Notes: generated by a model from the letters alone, not told the origin. 45,039 bases of DNA from Octopus sinensis (GCF_006345805.1 NW_021834807.1:1-45039); one strand, 5' to 3'. Counted from the stretch's first letter, positions 23,842 through 35,792 are shown. Program-made: numbers and translations.

Positions 23842-23918
23842 GTAAGTATACCAAACATATCATCTTCATCATCATCATCACCACCACCACCGCCACCACC
23901 ACCACCACCACCACCACC

Positions 23919-23952
<34 letters not shown>

Positions 23953-23989
23953 TCATTGTTATCATCAATGTTGTTGCCATGCAACTTAA

Positions 23990-24580
23990 GGTTTTTGTAG
24001 GTTTCTTCATCATCATTGTTCGACCGTGGTCGAGACAATGGAATTTACCATGCTACGCCAGACTTCACGGTCCATCATAGCATTACGGAGGTCCTGTTGC
24101 TGGATGCCTGTGTCCCTGGAGATTACATCAGAGTAGGAGAGTGTGCGCCCTCTGGTATCGCGAACAGATGGCTTCCAGAGGAGAAGAGGAGAAATTACCT
24201 CGTTTTCAGCTCTACAACAATGACCAGCAAACTGGACTCTTCTACCTTTCCCAAGAGATGATACAGGTGGTAATTTCCCATATATTTGCATTTTGGTTGG
24301 ATGACGCTTCCACGAGAGATTTTGAGCTCTCATAAGGAGGCGAGTGTAAGTTCCATCCAACCGCCTCTCAAGCTTCTTTGATAACTTCCAAGCTTCTGAG
24401 CCATATAGTAGAATTGGTTTGACTGTGGCTTTGAAGATTTTAAGTTTGAAATCTCTACTTAGATTTGATGACTAGATCTTATGCATATCATTACAGGCTG
24501 ACCAGGCCTTACCCTTTCTAGTTAGAAAATCTTTTTCAGATGATGATATGTATGACCCGAGATAGGCTTCTTACTGAAAC
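23990..24580 (-). mobile_element. Second RTE-clade LINE family, 3' fragment
   Basis: Minus strand YLGSYI...RKGKAWSAC...ILLYGSEAW...LDGTYTRLLMR...QFAGHC...DREVWR then (GAT)n; internal stop. Confidence 0.85.
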
Positions 24581-24827
24581 TTTAAGTCACACGGGGCTGA
24601 ACCAAACTGTTCTAGATAATAATGTGTAGTAGCTCCTACTAAACGTATTGAGTGCCTCTTTCTCTTGCTCATTCACTGAGTAATTATCTCCCTGAACTAA
24701 TTAATGCAATAAATTTGTGTCCAATAGAAAAATTACTTAATAAACATTTATTTACTATAAAAGTTATCAAATGCAAAAAGTGTGTTACTTCTGCCACACA
24801 CAATATATATATATATATATATATATA

Positions 24828-25110
24828 TCATCATCATCATTATTGTTTAACGTCCGTTTTCCATGCTGGCATGGGTTGGATGGTTTGACTGGGGTCTGGG
24901 AAACCAGGAAGCTGCACCAGGCCCCAATGTTATCTGGCAGTGTTTCTACAGTTGGATGCCCTTCCTAACGCCAACCACTCCGAAAGTGTAGTGGGTGCTT
25001 TTTATGTGCCACCGGCACAGGGGCCAGAGGAACTGGAATCGACCACAATCGGCTGGTGCTTTTTACATGCCACCGGCATGGAAGCCTGTCAAAGCGGTAC
25101 CGGCATCAGC
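24828..25110 (-). mobile_element. RTE 3' UTR fragment
   Basis: Same family as 20095-20410. Confidence 0.75.
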
Positions 25111-25649
25111 CATATATAAATATATATGTATATAGGCAATTATGAGGATAAATAAATTATATATAGCAGTTTGGATTTGATATACAAAATATATATACAT
25201 GTATGTATGCAAGCAAAAAGAAAGCAAAAACTGAAGATCTGAAGAATTTCAGACTATGAATATTTAAGTATAAATCTATAAACATTTATATCAATAGATC
25301 AAACTTACAGAGAGTACAAACGACAGAGAAAGTTAAAGGGGAAGAGGTAAGGTGTTATAAATCCAACAGCTGTTTCTAGAGGTTCAGAAATCCATCATAA
25401 TGTTGGTAGATATAGTTCACTGCAATATGTGGGCTGTAACGGAAGCAAATAAACATGGGATTAATCAAGCCTTTGTCATCAGGGCAGAAGAAGATCTTAC
25501 TTTTTAGATCATGATGCAGAGAAGTTTAAACATTCCACCTTTACTCTGTGGAATTGGTCCCTCGTAAAGACATTGGAGACTAAGTTTGAATCATTTGAGC
25601 GCTTCTAAGTGTTTTGCTATACTGAGAGTCCCTGGATCTCGTCTGTTGG

Positions 25650-26165
25650 CAATATGTATGTATATACTTGTGTGTGTGTATATCTCTGTGTGTGTGTATC
25701 TGTGTGTGTATGTGTATATATGATTACATACATGTGTGTGTGTGTGTATCTGTGTGTGTGTATATGTGTGTGTGTATATATATGATTACATACATGTGTG
25801 TGTATGTGTGTGTATACATGTATATATGTGTATATGTGTATACATATGTATATGTGTATAGATATATATATGTATATGTGTATACATATATATATATATG
25901 TATATATATGTGTGTGTGTATATATATATATATATATGACAAAGCAAAGAGCAAGCGGTTTAACAAATTTATATATTCTTACAAATGAATGTACTTTATA
26001 ACTACATGTATGTGTGTGTGTGTGTGTGTGTCTCCATATGCGTGTGTCCCCATGTGCGTGTGTCTCCATGTGTGAGTGTGTATGTCTGTGTCCGTGTCTC
26101 TGTATGGATGCCTGTAAATCGAGTGTGTGTGTATGAGTGTATGTGTGTGTGTCTGTGTGTGTTTT
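25650..26165. repeat. (GT)n/(AT)n compound tract
   Basis: Seen directly. Confidence 0.95.
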
Positions 26166-26928
26166 GCATGCGTTTATATATGCTTTTCCATACAGTTCCA
26201 CATAGTTTCATGTGGCTGAAATTTGTCGCTTTCACACTCAGGTCTACCAATATGGTCAGTTTATTAATAAAAAACTTCATCTTACACATAATAGTCTTGC
26301 AACAGATAGACATCTTTTGAAGAATGAGCCGACTGTCTCAAGAAGTATATTGTGGCATTGTTAAATATGTTTTTAACCATATTATAATATCGTTTGAACA
26401 TTAGTTGTCTGTATATAGTTCTCTGGTGAGTTATTGTTAATGAGATTACAATTTTCTGGACTATTAACCTTATTTGTGCAGTGAATATTTACATCATCAA
26501 ATTACACTATATTTTAATTGGCTTGATCTCTGATTGTAATTGAAGATCAAACCAACTGAAATATTAAATAAATATAAAACACAAGCACAAGCACACACAC
26601 ACATACACACACACACACACACGCGCGTGCGCGCAAGCATGTGTGCAAATACACACACATACACACACACACACACCAACGCAAACACGTGTGCAAATAC
26701 ACATACATACACACACACATTCACGCACACATGCACGCAACATATGCAAGCATATACATGCGGTTAATAGCTTGAAAAAAATTATTATCTCGTTAAATCA
26801 TTAAATGTGGCTTCACATAATGAAATGTTTGATAAACATAATTTACAGCAATCCATTAAATATTGATCTGAGAAAGGTTAATTTTCTCGTCTGTTTATTG
26901 TCGATGAAAATATTTATGTATCTAAGCC

Positions 26929-27140
26929 ATCATCATCATCATCTTCAAAACCTCTTAACTGATGCTGCCAGTCTTTGGGGTACCATTCTGGATGCTTTTG
27001 CAGTGAGCCGTCACCATTGTTCTCTGTCTTGCACAGAAAGGTTGCAGTACTGTGACCTGTCCACTCCTTGATGTTGTCCGACCGGGATTTTCTCTGTCCG
27101 TCTCCCTTTTGTTCCACTACCCTTAACTATCTCCCGTTTT
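26929..27140 (-). mobile_element. Third RTE-clade LINE 3' stub
   Basis: G.R..RSDNIKEWTG motif and (GAT)n tail. Confidence 0.6.
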
Positions 27141-27206
27141 GAACATGGCGTTATAGCAGGATATGTATCTGTACCAGGTGAGCTTTCATCTTTTTACCTG
27201 CACAAG

Positions 27207-27323
27207 AAGTGGTTCCTCCCCGACAGAGTGGTTCCTCCCCGAATGAGTGGTTCCTCCCTGACAAAGTGGTTCCTCCCTGACAAAGTGGTTCCTCCCTGAC
27301 AAAGTGGTCCCTTCCTGACAAAG
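27207..27323. repeat. 19-bp minisatellite (agtggttcctccctgacaa) x6
   Basis: Seen directly. Confidence 0.9.
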
Positions 27324-27655
27324 CTCTGGGATGTTCCTTCTGGAACACCTGTGCTCAACTGCTTGGGTTCTTCACTCCATGCCAGCTGTACTTCAATACT
27401 CTATGTACCAAAGTACAGCAGTACAAAAGAAAAGTAATGCCTTGTAGGTGTGTGGTATTTCATTATACAATCATTATATACTAGAAAGTATTTTAAACAT
27501 TTTTATCAATCAATACTGCGTTCTGCTGTGTTAGCAGTGTTCTTTTACATTTATTTGTTAAAGTTCCTTTTACAGATATCCTATAGAAATTACAACCAGC
27601 ACTGATTTATATTATTACATTTTGTATATGAGACGTCAGATGTAAACAAACAATG

Positions 27656-28072
27656 GAATAAAGATTGTTTGCCAACTTAACATGACAGTTCTGGTTTAGG
27701 ATGAATGTTGCTGTAATTTAGTCCCAGGAGATATCGTCTCCAGCTGGCTATACGACACGATCTATATCCTTATATTTTTGAACAAGGGAATCTAGCCGAA
27801 CAATTATTCTGTGCTGATGAAGGGAAATAACCTGGAAATCACAATACACAGATATTGTTTTGAGCTGAGTGGGGTTGCTAGATTCCCTTGTTCGAAAATA
27901 TAAGAACACAGATCATGTCATAAAGCCAGCTGGAGACGATGTCTCCTGGGGCTAAATGACAGCAACATTCGTCCTAAACCAGGACTGCCATGTTATGTTG
28001 GCAAACAATCTTTACTCCAAAGTACTGTTGCTGAATATCTCTCGTTATGAGATTTGAAAATAGTAATTTTCT
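27656..28072. mobile_element. Foldback element with central hammerhead-like motif and 15-bp flanking direct repeats
   Basis: Arms 27655-27796 and 27877-28018 are inverted copies; TGTAAACAAACAATG at 27641-27655 and 28073-28087. Confidence 0.7.
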
Positions 28073-28247
28073 TGTAAACAAACAATGATTGAAGATGAAA
28101 AGTGGGTAATGGGCAGATATGCCATATTTCGGTGGGTTTTACCTCTTCATCCTTTCTTTCTGATATTTCTTGATGTCCCTATAATTTCTATAGAATATCT
28201 GCAGAGATAACCTTACCAAACAAAAAAAAAAAAAAAGGTGTTGCTAT

Positions 28248-28630
28248 AGGCGCAGGGGTGGGTGCGTGGTAAGTAGCTTGCTAACCAACCACATGGTTCC
28301 GGGTTCAGTCCCACTGCGCGGCATCTTGGGCAAGTGTCTTCTGCTATAGCCCCGGGCCAACCAATGCCTTGTGAGTGGATTTGGTAGACGGAAACTGAAA
28401 GAAGCCTGTCATATATATGTATATATATATGTGTGTGTGTGTGTCTATGTTTGTCCCCCTAGCATTGCTTGACAATCGATGCTGGTGTGTTTACGTCCCC
28501 ATCACTTAGCGGTTTGGCAAAAGAGACCGATAGAATAAGTCCTGGGGTCGATTTGCTTGACTAAAGGCGGTGCTCAAGCATGGCCGCAGTCAAATGACTG
28601 AAACAAGTAAAAGAGTAAAAGAGTAAAAGA
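28248..28630 (+). mobile_element. SINE family A, full length, low divergence
   Basis: Retains CpGs lost in other copies; (gtaaaaga)n tail. Confidence 0.88.
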
Positions 28631-28902
28631 GTATTAAGCATGAAGAGCTCCTTGGAAACAGATTCTCTTAATTGCTCAGAAAGTTCCCTAGGAGTAGTCG
28701 ACAGTCTCTGTTACCTAGAAACAATCATGGCTAAGAGAATGCTAAAATGGTAGTGGTGGCCACTAGGATGCTCTCACTGTATTCATTGTATGCTTCTCCA
28801 TTGCCCCTAAGATGCCTCCTTTTTGTCTCTCTTTTTCTCACTGCTATCATCCCCTGCTCCCTTGCCTTGCAGCATCATTTCTCTGCCTCCTCAACACCCT
28901 AT

Positions 28903-29178
28903 CTCTCTCTCTCTCTCTCTCTCTTTATCTTTATCTCTCTCTCTCTTTTTCTCTCTCTCTTCTTTCTCTCTCTCTCTTTCTCTTTCTCTCTCTCTCTCTT
29001 TATCTCTCTCTCTTATCTTTCTCTCTTTCTCTCTCTTCTTTCCTCCTCTCTCTCTCTCTTTATCTCTCTCTCTCTTTATCTCTCTCTCTCTTTATCTCTC
29101 TCATTATCTCTCTCTCTTTATCTCTCTCTCTCTTTATCTCTCTCTCTCTTTATCTCTCTCATTATCTCTCTCTCTTTA

Positions 29179-29209
<31 letters not shown>

Positions 29210-29333
29210 TTCTCTTTATCTCTCTTTCTCTCTCTCTCTTTCTCTTTATCTCTCTCTCTTTATCTCTCACTCTCTTTATCTCTCTCTCTCTCTTTATCTC
29301 GCTCTTATCTCTCTCATTATCTCTCTCTCTTTA

Positions 29334-29364
<31 letters not shown>

Positions 29365-29397
29365 TTCTCTTTCTCTTTCTCTCTCTCTCTTTCTCTT

Positions 29398-29428
<31 letters not shown>

Positions 29429-29505
29429 TTCTCTTTATCTCTCTCTCTTTATCTCTCTCTCTCTTTATCTCGCTCTTTATCTCTCTCATTATCTCTCTCT
29501 CTTTA

Positions 29506-29536
<31 letters not shown>

Positions 29537-29660
29537 TTATCTGTCCCTCTCTTTCTCTCTCTCTCTCTTTCTCTTTATCTCTCTCTCTTTATCTCTCTTT
29601 CTCTTTCTCTCTCCTCTCTCTTTATCTCACCCTCTCTTTATCTCTCTCTCTCTCTCTTTC
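28903..29660. repeat. About 760-bp (CT)n/(CTTTAT) polypyrimidine tract
   Basis: Seen directly. Confidence 0.95.
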
Positions 29661-30359
29661 TTTCACTGTAACCCTCCACCCCCACGAAACACCCACCTCA
29701 CTTTCTTCCTCTCAGCTACTCATTATCCTCATTTCTGTCTTTCTCACACACACCTCTCTGCCCACCCGAGGTACCCATATTTACTTTTATAACAAGTGGT
29801 AGCCCTGGATCCCCCCTCCCTACTCTATCCTTCCCTCCCATCATCCCTCCTACTCTTTGTTTCTCATTTTCACTAACCCTTCACACTACGTTTTCCTTTC
29901 CTCCTCTCACTGTCCCTCCTATTACTCCCCCCTCCACTACTGCTTCCTCTGTTTCTTTCTTCACTGTCATTCTTCTGCCACAATAAATCTCTTCTTTCCA
30001 TCATACTTTAACTTCTCTTAATATCTTTGCCTAAAGTCATCACCCTCTCCTTTTTTTCTCCTTTTTAATCACGAGGGTTCTTTAGTCATGTGAGTGACAA
30101 GGTGACCTCACTAGTGCTGGTGCCATGAGAAAAGCACTCAGTGAATTCAGTAAAGTCCACCACAAAGTCCAGTTTTTGTTGCAGTGTGGTGACTTGTGTT
30201 CCTCACTGTCCCTGAGAGCTAATCCAGTGGGGCACAAACTCGTAGTAGGCTCTCCAATACTGGGCAGGGCAAAAGATAGAGGCCAAATTATCATTGACTT
30301 CTCTTAACAGAAAAACATCCCTGTCTACACATGTACACCTTGTAAATCTCTGACAGAAT

Positions 30360-30483
30360 GTTGAATTGTTGTGGACCCTTAGATGCTAGATATTTGTGGA
30401 CCCTTGGATGTTGAATAGTTGTGGACCCTTAGATTCTAGATAGTTGTGGACCCTTGAATGTTGGATAGTTGTGGACCCTTGAA
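30360..30483. repeat. 25-bp minisatellite (gttgtggacccttagatgctagata) x5, alternating variants
   Basis: Seen directly. Confidence 0.85.
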
Positions 30484-30659
30484 ACCCAAGCTGTTGTGGT
30501 ACTGAGTCCTTATTCTTGATGGAGACGATGGGGAGGGGTGAACTACTTAAGGATGAAGGTGGTTGGTTATGTTTCAGGTTATTTGTATTGGATGACTAAG
30601 GACCACAAGCGGCAGTGTGCTGCTAAACCCATTCAACCCATATCAGCATGGTTATAATA

Positions 30660-31205
30660 TGGTGATGATGGTGATGTGATGATATTGATGCTGGTGAGGA
30701 TGATGATGATTATGATGAAGGTGATGATAATATGGTGATTGTGATGGTGGTGATGTGCTGCTGCTGATGATGATGGTGGTGGAAATGATGATGATATTGG
30801 TGATGATTGTGGTGATGTGATGATGGTGGTGGTGATGAATACAGTGGTCATGGAGATGATGATGGCGATGACGACGACAATTATAATAATGATTATGATG
30901 GTGGTAATGATGATTGTGATGGTGATGATGGTCATGATGATGATGGTGATGATAATGGTGATGGTGATGATGATGGCGATAATGATGATGATGGTGGTAA
31001 TGATGATTGTGATGGTGGTCATGATGATGATGGTGTGATAATGATGATAATGATGATGATGGTGATGATGGAGATGATTGTCATGATAATTATGGCACGC
31101 GTAATGATGGTGATGGTATGATAGTGATGCTTCTGCTGCTGCTAACGATGATGCTGATGATGATGACGATGACGAATGGGATGACAACGACGATGATGAC
31201 ACCAA
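30660..31205. repeat. (GAT)n/(GGT)n tract
   Basis: Seen directly. Confidence 0.95.
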
Positions 31206-31888
31206 TGATTGCCATTCTATATTTAGATGCCTAATACCTACGACACATCTAAACAATAACAACATTTCCATTTCTTTAAAAAATTTCCCATTTTTTTTTT
31301 GTCTTCGTTTTTCCTCCGTTGACCACATTCGCTACAACATTCGTAACAAGATACGAAATTCCGTGGAGGTTTGTTGTGTTAACACCTAATTTCATCCACA
31401 TTGATTGTGTTATGTTGATAATTCTCGGTGTTGTTAGCTCCATTTCGGTTTCTAAGTGGTTCCTAAATGGCTTTGTACTTTTCCAAAAATAGTTGTTATA
31501 CAATAAATGCATAAAAATAGCAATTTATGAATGTTCTCTTTCCGTTTTATACGTTTATTCCCTTGTTAATGCTAAGGTATTTAAAAATTGTGTAAAGAGA
31601 ACTACATTGGTTAATTAGCGTATGACTTAATTACTTTTATACAATTTCGTATTAACATGACTTTTTTTTTAGATGTTATTTTTATTATTTGATAATGATT
31701 TCTCAACAAATAGTCACAAGCTTGGCTGTGTGGTAAGAAGTTTGCTTCCCAACCACATGGTACCAGGTTCAGTCCCACTGCGTGACACCTTGGGCAAGTC
31801 TTGGGCCAACCAAAGCCTTATTAGTGGATTTGGTAGTTGGAAATTGAAAGAAGCTCATCAAATATACATATTCATATATATATATATA

Positions 31889-32577
31889 TTTAAATAATGA
31901 GGGAGATAAATTAATATTAATTTTAATATCAATTTAAAACCAGTAGTCCAGCATACAAAAAATCTGAGAAATCAGAGAAAATTCTAATACATGTGTATAT
32001 TGTCAGGGCAAGACTGCTAGGTAGTCAGCCGTATGCTAGAAATAGATCATCAACATGTATTAGAATCTTCTCTGATTTTTCAGATTTTTTGTATGCTAGA
32101 CTACTGGTTTTAAATTTATATTAAAATTAATATTAATTTATCTCCCTCATTATTTAAATATTGAAATACGTTCTCTAGTAGCAAGCACTAACCGCAGTGA
32201 ATTATTTACTGCAGTTCTTCGCTTCAGGAATTTTTTAGCGTGCCGGAACTAAGACATTTGAAATTTTATCCCTAATGTTATTGGTAAAACTAAACACGCG
32301 TCTGTTTCGGCACAGAAAGCTGGGGTTAGTTTTTCAGATTGCATTTACACTGAACGATTGTACTGATGAGGCCACGGACATTTGAATTATGTAAGTAATT
32401 CTTTTGTTAAAGGCCGAAACCGAGGTATGCAATTAATTACGTTTTTTATATAAATTTTCATCTGTCCTGCCCGCCAAATTTGGTTCTGGTGTTCGCTGAA
32501 TCTTTCTTTGTAGTTTGATCGTTGATGATCTATTTCTAGCATACGGCCGACTACCTAGCAGTCTTGCCCTGACAATT
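31889..32577 (+). mobile_element. Non-autonomous PLE/retrozyme-like element with inverted 5' duplication
   Basis: A (31889-31995), B (31996-32054), inverted A (32055-32160), unique core containing a hammerhead, inverted B (32521-32577). Confidence 0.7.
32357..32433 (+). ncRNA. Canonical type I hammerhead ribozyme, predicted cleavage GUA^ after 32427
   Basis: Stem I ATTGTA/TGCAAT; CTGATGA 32363-32369; helix II GGCC (32370-73)/GGCC (32412-15); GAAAC 32416-20; loop CGAG; GTA 32425-27. All conserved core positions are intact. Confidence 0.85.
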
Positions 32578-33204
32578 TTGCTTTCACAGGAAGGAAAGTT
32601 TCTTGTCGAAGATACGTCTCGCTTTCACCTTCGAAACGTATAGAGAGATGAAACCATAGCGACTGAAGAGGGGTTTTTTCTTTGTGTTACTTGTCCTGTA
32701 CTCTATTTTTTGTTGTTTAAAAAAATGTCCAGTTCCTGGGTTTGTGTCTATGTTTTCGTTTCTCACTGTGTTCGACGTCCTTTGGGGTGTCCTGTACTCA
32801 TATATGCGTGTATATGTACATGTAGAGGTAGGTACGTACATATATGTTATATATATGCATATGTTTTATTTATTAATATATATAATATATATATATATAT
32901 AATATATAGGGGTGTAAGAGTGGATGTGTGGTAAGTAGCTTGCTTAACAACCACTGGTTCCAGGTTCAGTCCCACTGCGTGGCACCTTGGGCAAGTCTCC
33001 TACTATAGCCTCTCCAAGCACTGCTATAAACAGTGGAAATGAGCTAGAACATTAAAAACTTAGTGCACATGAACTGCAGAGTTCAAGGTCACCCTGTGCC
33101 AAGTAGCTTCACTCTGCATGCTTTAGCTTCGTTACTATGGCAACAGTCCGGATACTTATAGATCAGACCTTGTAGACACACACATGCATCAGGCTTCTTT
33201 CAGT

Positions 33205-33438
33205 TTCTTATTTCTTTACTGCCCATAAGGGGCTAAAACGCAGAGGGAACAAACAAGGACAGACAAAGGGATTAAGTCAACTACATCGACCCCAGTGCGT
33301 AACTGGTACTTTATTTATCGACCCTGAAAGGATGAAAGGCAAAGTCGACCTCGGCAGAATTTGAACTCAGAACGTAATGGCAGACGAAATACGGCTACAC
33401 ATTTCGCCCGGAGTGCTAATGTTTCTGCCAGCTCGCCG
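33205..33438 (-). mobile_element. SINE family B nested in a minus-strand family A copy (about 33180-33540)
   Basis: Family A text ggcttctttcagttt...ctgtctaccaaattc is split by the family B unit. Confidence 0.75.
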
Positions 33439-33610
33439 TTTCTGTCTACCAAATTCATTCGCAAAGCTTTGGTTGCCCTGAGGCTACAATGGAAGAGGTG
33501 CTATACAGTGAGATAGAACTCCGGACCCATGTGGTTAGGAAATGTGCTTGTACCTATATATATGTGTGTATGTGTCTGTATGTGTTTTTATATGCAAATA
33601 TGTGTGTGTA

Positions 33611-33654
<44 letters not shown>

Positions 33655-34029
33655 CGTCCGTTTTCTGTCCTTGTTTCGTATACATTCGATCCTTTTCCCA
33701 AGGAATCTAATGCTCGTAGCTTAGTTTTTCCTTGGGGCTGGCCAGATTGGAGCAATCTCAAGATTAATCAGTTGAAATTGCGAGGATGATCCGGTTCTTG
33801 ACTGAAAATAAAAGGCTTTGAATGACCCGTCTGTGTTTTTTGTATCGTCTATTTGGATGTTTTGCGTTCTTGTCCCATTTTGTATTTTTATATATAAATG
33901 TATATATGTATGTATATATATATATATATATATATATCTGGCCAATCCAATGATGGTTTGCTTCAGTTGCCAAAACTTTGAAGTCACTGTCAGAATAATG
34001 AACCTATACTATAATTGAAAAATTTACTA

Positions 34030-34135
34030 TATTTTGTTTTTGGATTTGGTTTGCAAGATTCTTTATATAAGTGTGAGTGTGTTACATTATAAGGCACAAA
34101 AAGAAAATGACTCTCCCCAGACACAACAGAATTAC
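34030..34135. mobile_element. MITE family M, internally deleted
   Basis: tttggatttggtttgcaagattcttt fused to the opposite arm cattataaggcacaaaaagaaaatgactctcccc. Confidence 0.65.
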
Positions 34136-34366
34136 TGTATTTTGTACATACGTATATACCTGCCTATGGGTGCAATAAAATGGGCTCATGGGTGCAATTG
34201 CACCTGTGGGTGGGGGTTTCCCTGCCCCTGCTCTAAGCTGTTTTCACAGCAATTCTCCTGCTTTTGAGACTTCCTTAAATTTCTAAAATACTATACATTC
34301 TGATCCAAAGAAACTGAAACATATTTAACTACAACTTATTTGATGAAATATTTTCTCTTCTTTCAG

Positions 34367-34472
34367 GTCCCAATGGTAGTTTGGTTGATGACTCTTTCTA
34401 TCCACGCGTTTTACTTCTCATGCATAAATGGTTTATACCATCTCAGGAACTGGCAGAACGTCTCGTAGAATT
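34367..34472 (+). CDS. RASGRP: RasGRP exon B: (C)PNGSLVDDSFYPRVLLLMHKWFIPSQELAERLVE(L)
   Basis: Acceptor ttttctcttctttcAG ends at 34366; 106 nt, phase 1 to phase 2. Closely matches the RASGRP3-type REM segment as I recall it (NGEL..SY.PR.VLLMHRWY.SS.ELAEKL). Confidence 0.92.
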
Positions 34473-34624
34473 GTATCCTTTGAAATCATTGCAGAAACTT
34501 TAATGCATCAACATTTAAACTTGGGCCACATCAGGCCCAAATATTCCAGCTGTTTCATGTTCAAACCAGCCAAATCCAGCCTCTCATACCTATCCTACAA
34601 TGTCATTCTAAAAAAAAAAAGAAA

Positions 34625-35215
34625 AACAGGCATGGCTGTGTGGTAAGAAGCTTGCATCTCAACGTCATGGTTCGGGGTTCAGTCCTGGCATGTGACACCT
34701 TGGTCAAGTGTCTTCTACTATAACCTTGGGGTGACCAAAACCTTGTGAGTGGATTTGGTAGATGGAAACTCAAAGAAGTCTGTTGTATATATATATATTC
34801 TCTCTTTACTCTTTTACTTGTTTCAGTCATTTTGACTGCGGCCATGCTGGAGCACCGCCTTTAATCGAGCAACTCGACCCCAGGACTTATTCTTTTGTAA
34901 GCCAGTAAGTACTATTCTATCGGTCTCTTTTGCCGAACCGCTAAGTGACGGGGACATAAACACACCAGCATCGGTTGTCAAGCAATGCTAGGGGGACAAA
35001 CACAGACACACAAACACACACATGCATATATATATATATATATACATATATACGACGGGCTTCTTTCAGTTTCCGTCTACCAAATCCACTCACAAGGCAT
35101 TGGTCGGCCCGAGGCTATAGTAGAAGACACTTGCCCAAGGTGCCATGCAGTGGGACTGAACCCGGAACCATGTGGTTGGTAAACAAGCTACTTACCACAC
35201 AGCCACCCTGCGCCT
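34625..35215. mobile_element. Inverted family A SINE pair (+ 34625-34795; - 34800-35215)
   Basis: Head and central domain present in both orientations. Confidence 0.85.
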
Positions 35216-35233
35216 ATATATATATATATAATA

Positions 35234-35265
<32 letters not shown>

Positions 35266-35348
35266 TCATGTGTGTGTGTCTGTGTTTGTCCTCCCACCAT
35301 CACCTAACAACTGATGTTGGTGGTAAATGGAAACTGAAAGAAGCCCAT

Positions 35349-35383
<35 letters not shown>

Positions 35384-35792
35384 GTGTCTGTGTTTTATAC
35401 TCCCACCATTGCTTGACGACCAATGTTGGTGTGTTTACATCCCCGTAAGTTAGCGTTTCGGCAAAAGAGACCGATAGGATAAGTATCAGGCTTGCAAAGA
35501 ATAAGTCCAGGGGTTGATTTCTTCGACTAAAAGGCAGTGCTCCAGCATGGCCATGGTCAAAATCACTGAAACAAGTATAAGAATGTCATCGACCTCTTGA
35601 AGATAGCAGAAAAGGTTAATTCAAAATAACGTGTATGAATTAATATCACACTTAACGAAGTAATCTGAATGTCAAAGGATTAAACTCTTTAAATCTCTTG
35701 GAAGTTTGCTTGTTTCATATAGGATACCTTATATTTACATTATTTACATTATTTACATTTGAGGGATATTTGTCCTCATCTTGTTTGTTGTT

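Noticed and set aside
23842-24080. ORF-track extension of exon A (KYTKHIIFIIII...)
   Set aside because: Read-through past the GTAAGT donor into a microsatellite and RTE tail.
28747-29802. Long ORFs of 351, 326 and 282 aa (S/L-rich), plus similar H/T, V/C, Y/I and poly-H/P ORFs across the window
   Set aside because: They are translations of (CT)n, (CA)n, (AT)n, (GAT)n and (CAT)n tracts, which lack stops by composition.
31210-31500. Cys-containing fragments on the minus strand (CYECCSECG, KCCYC)
   Set aside because: In different frames with stops; cannot be assigned to a family without a search.
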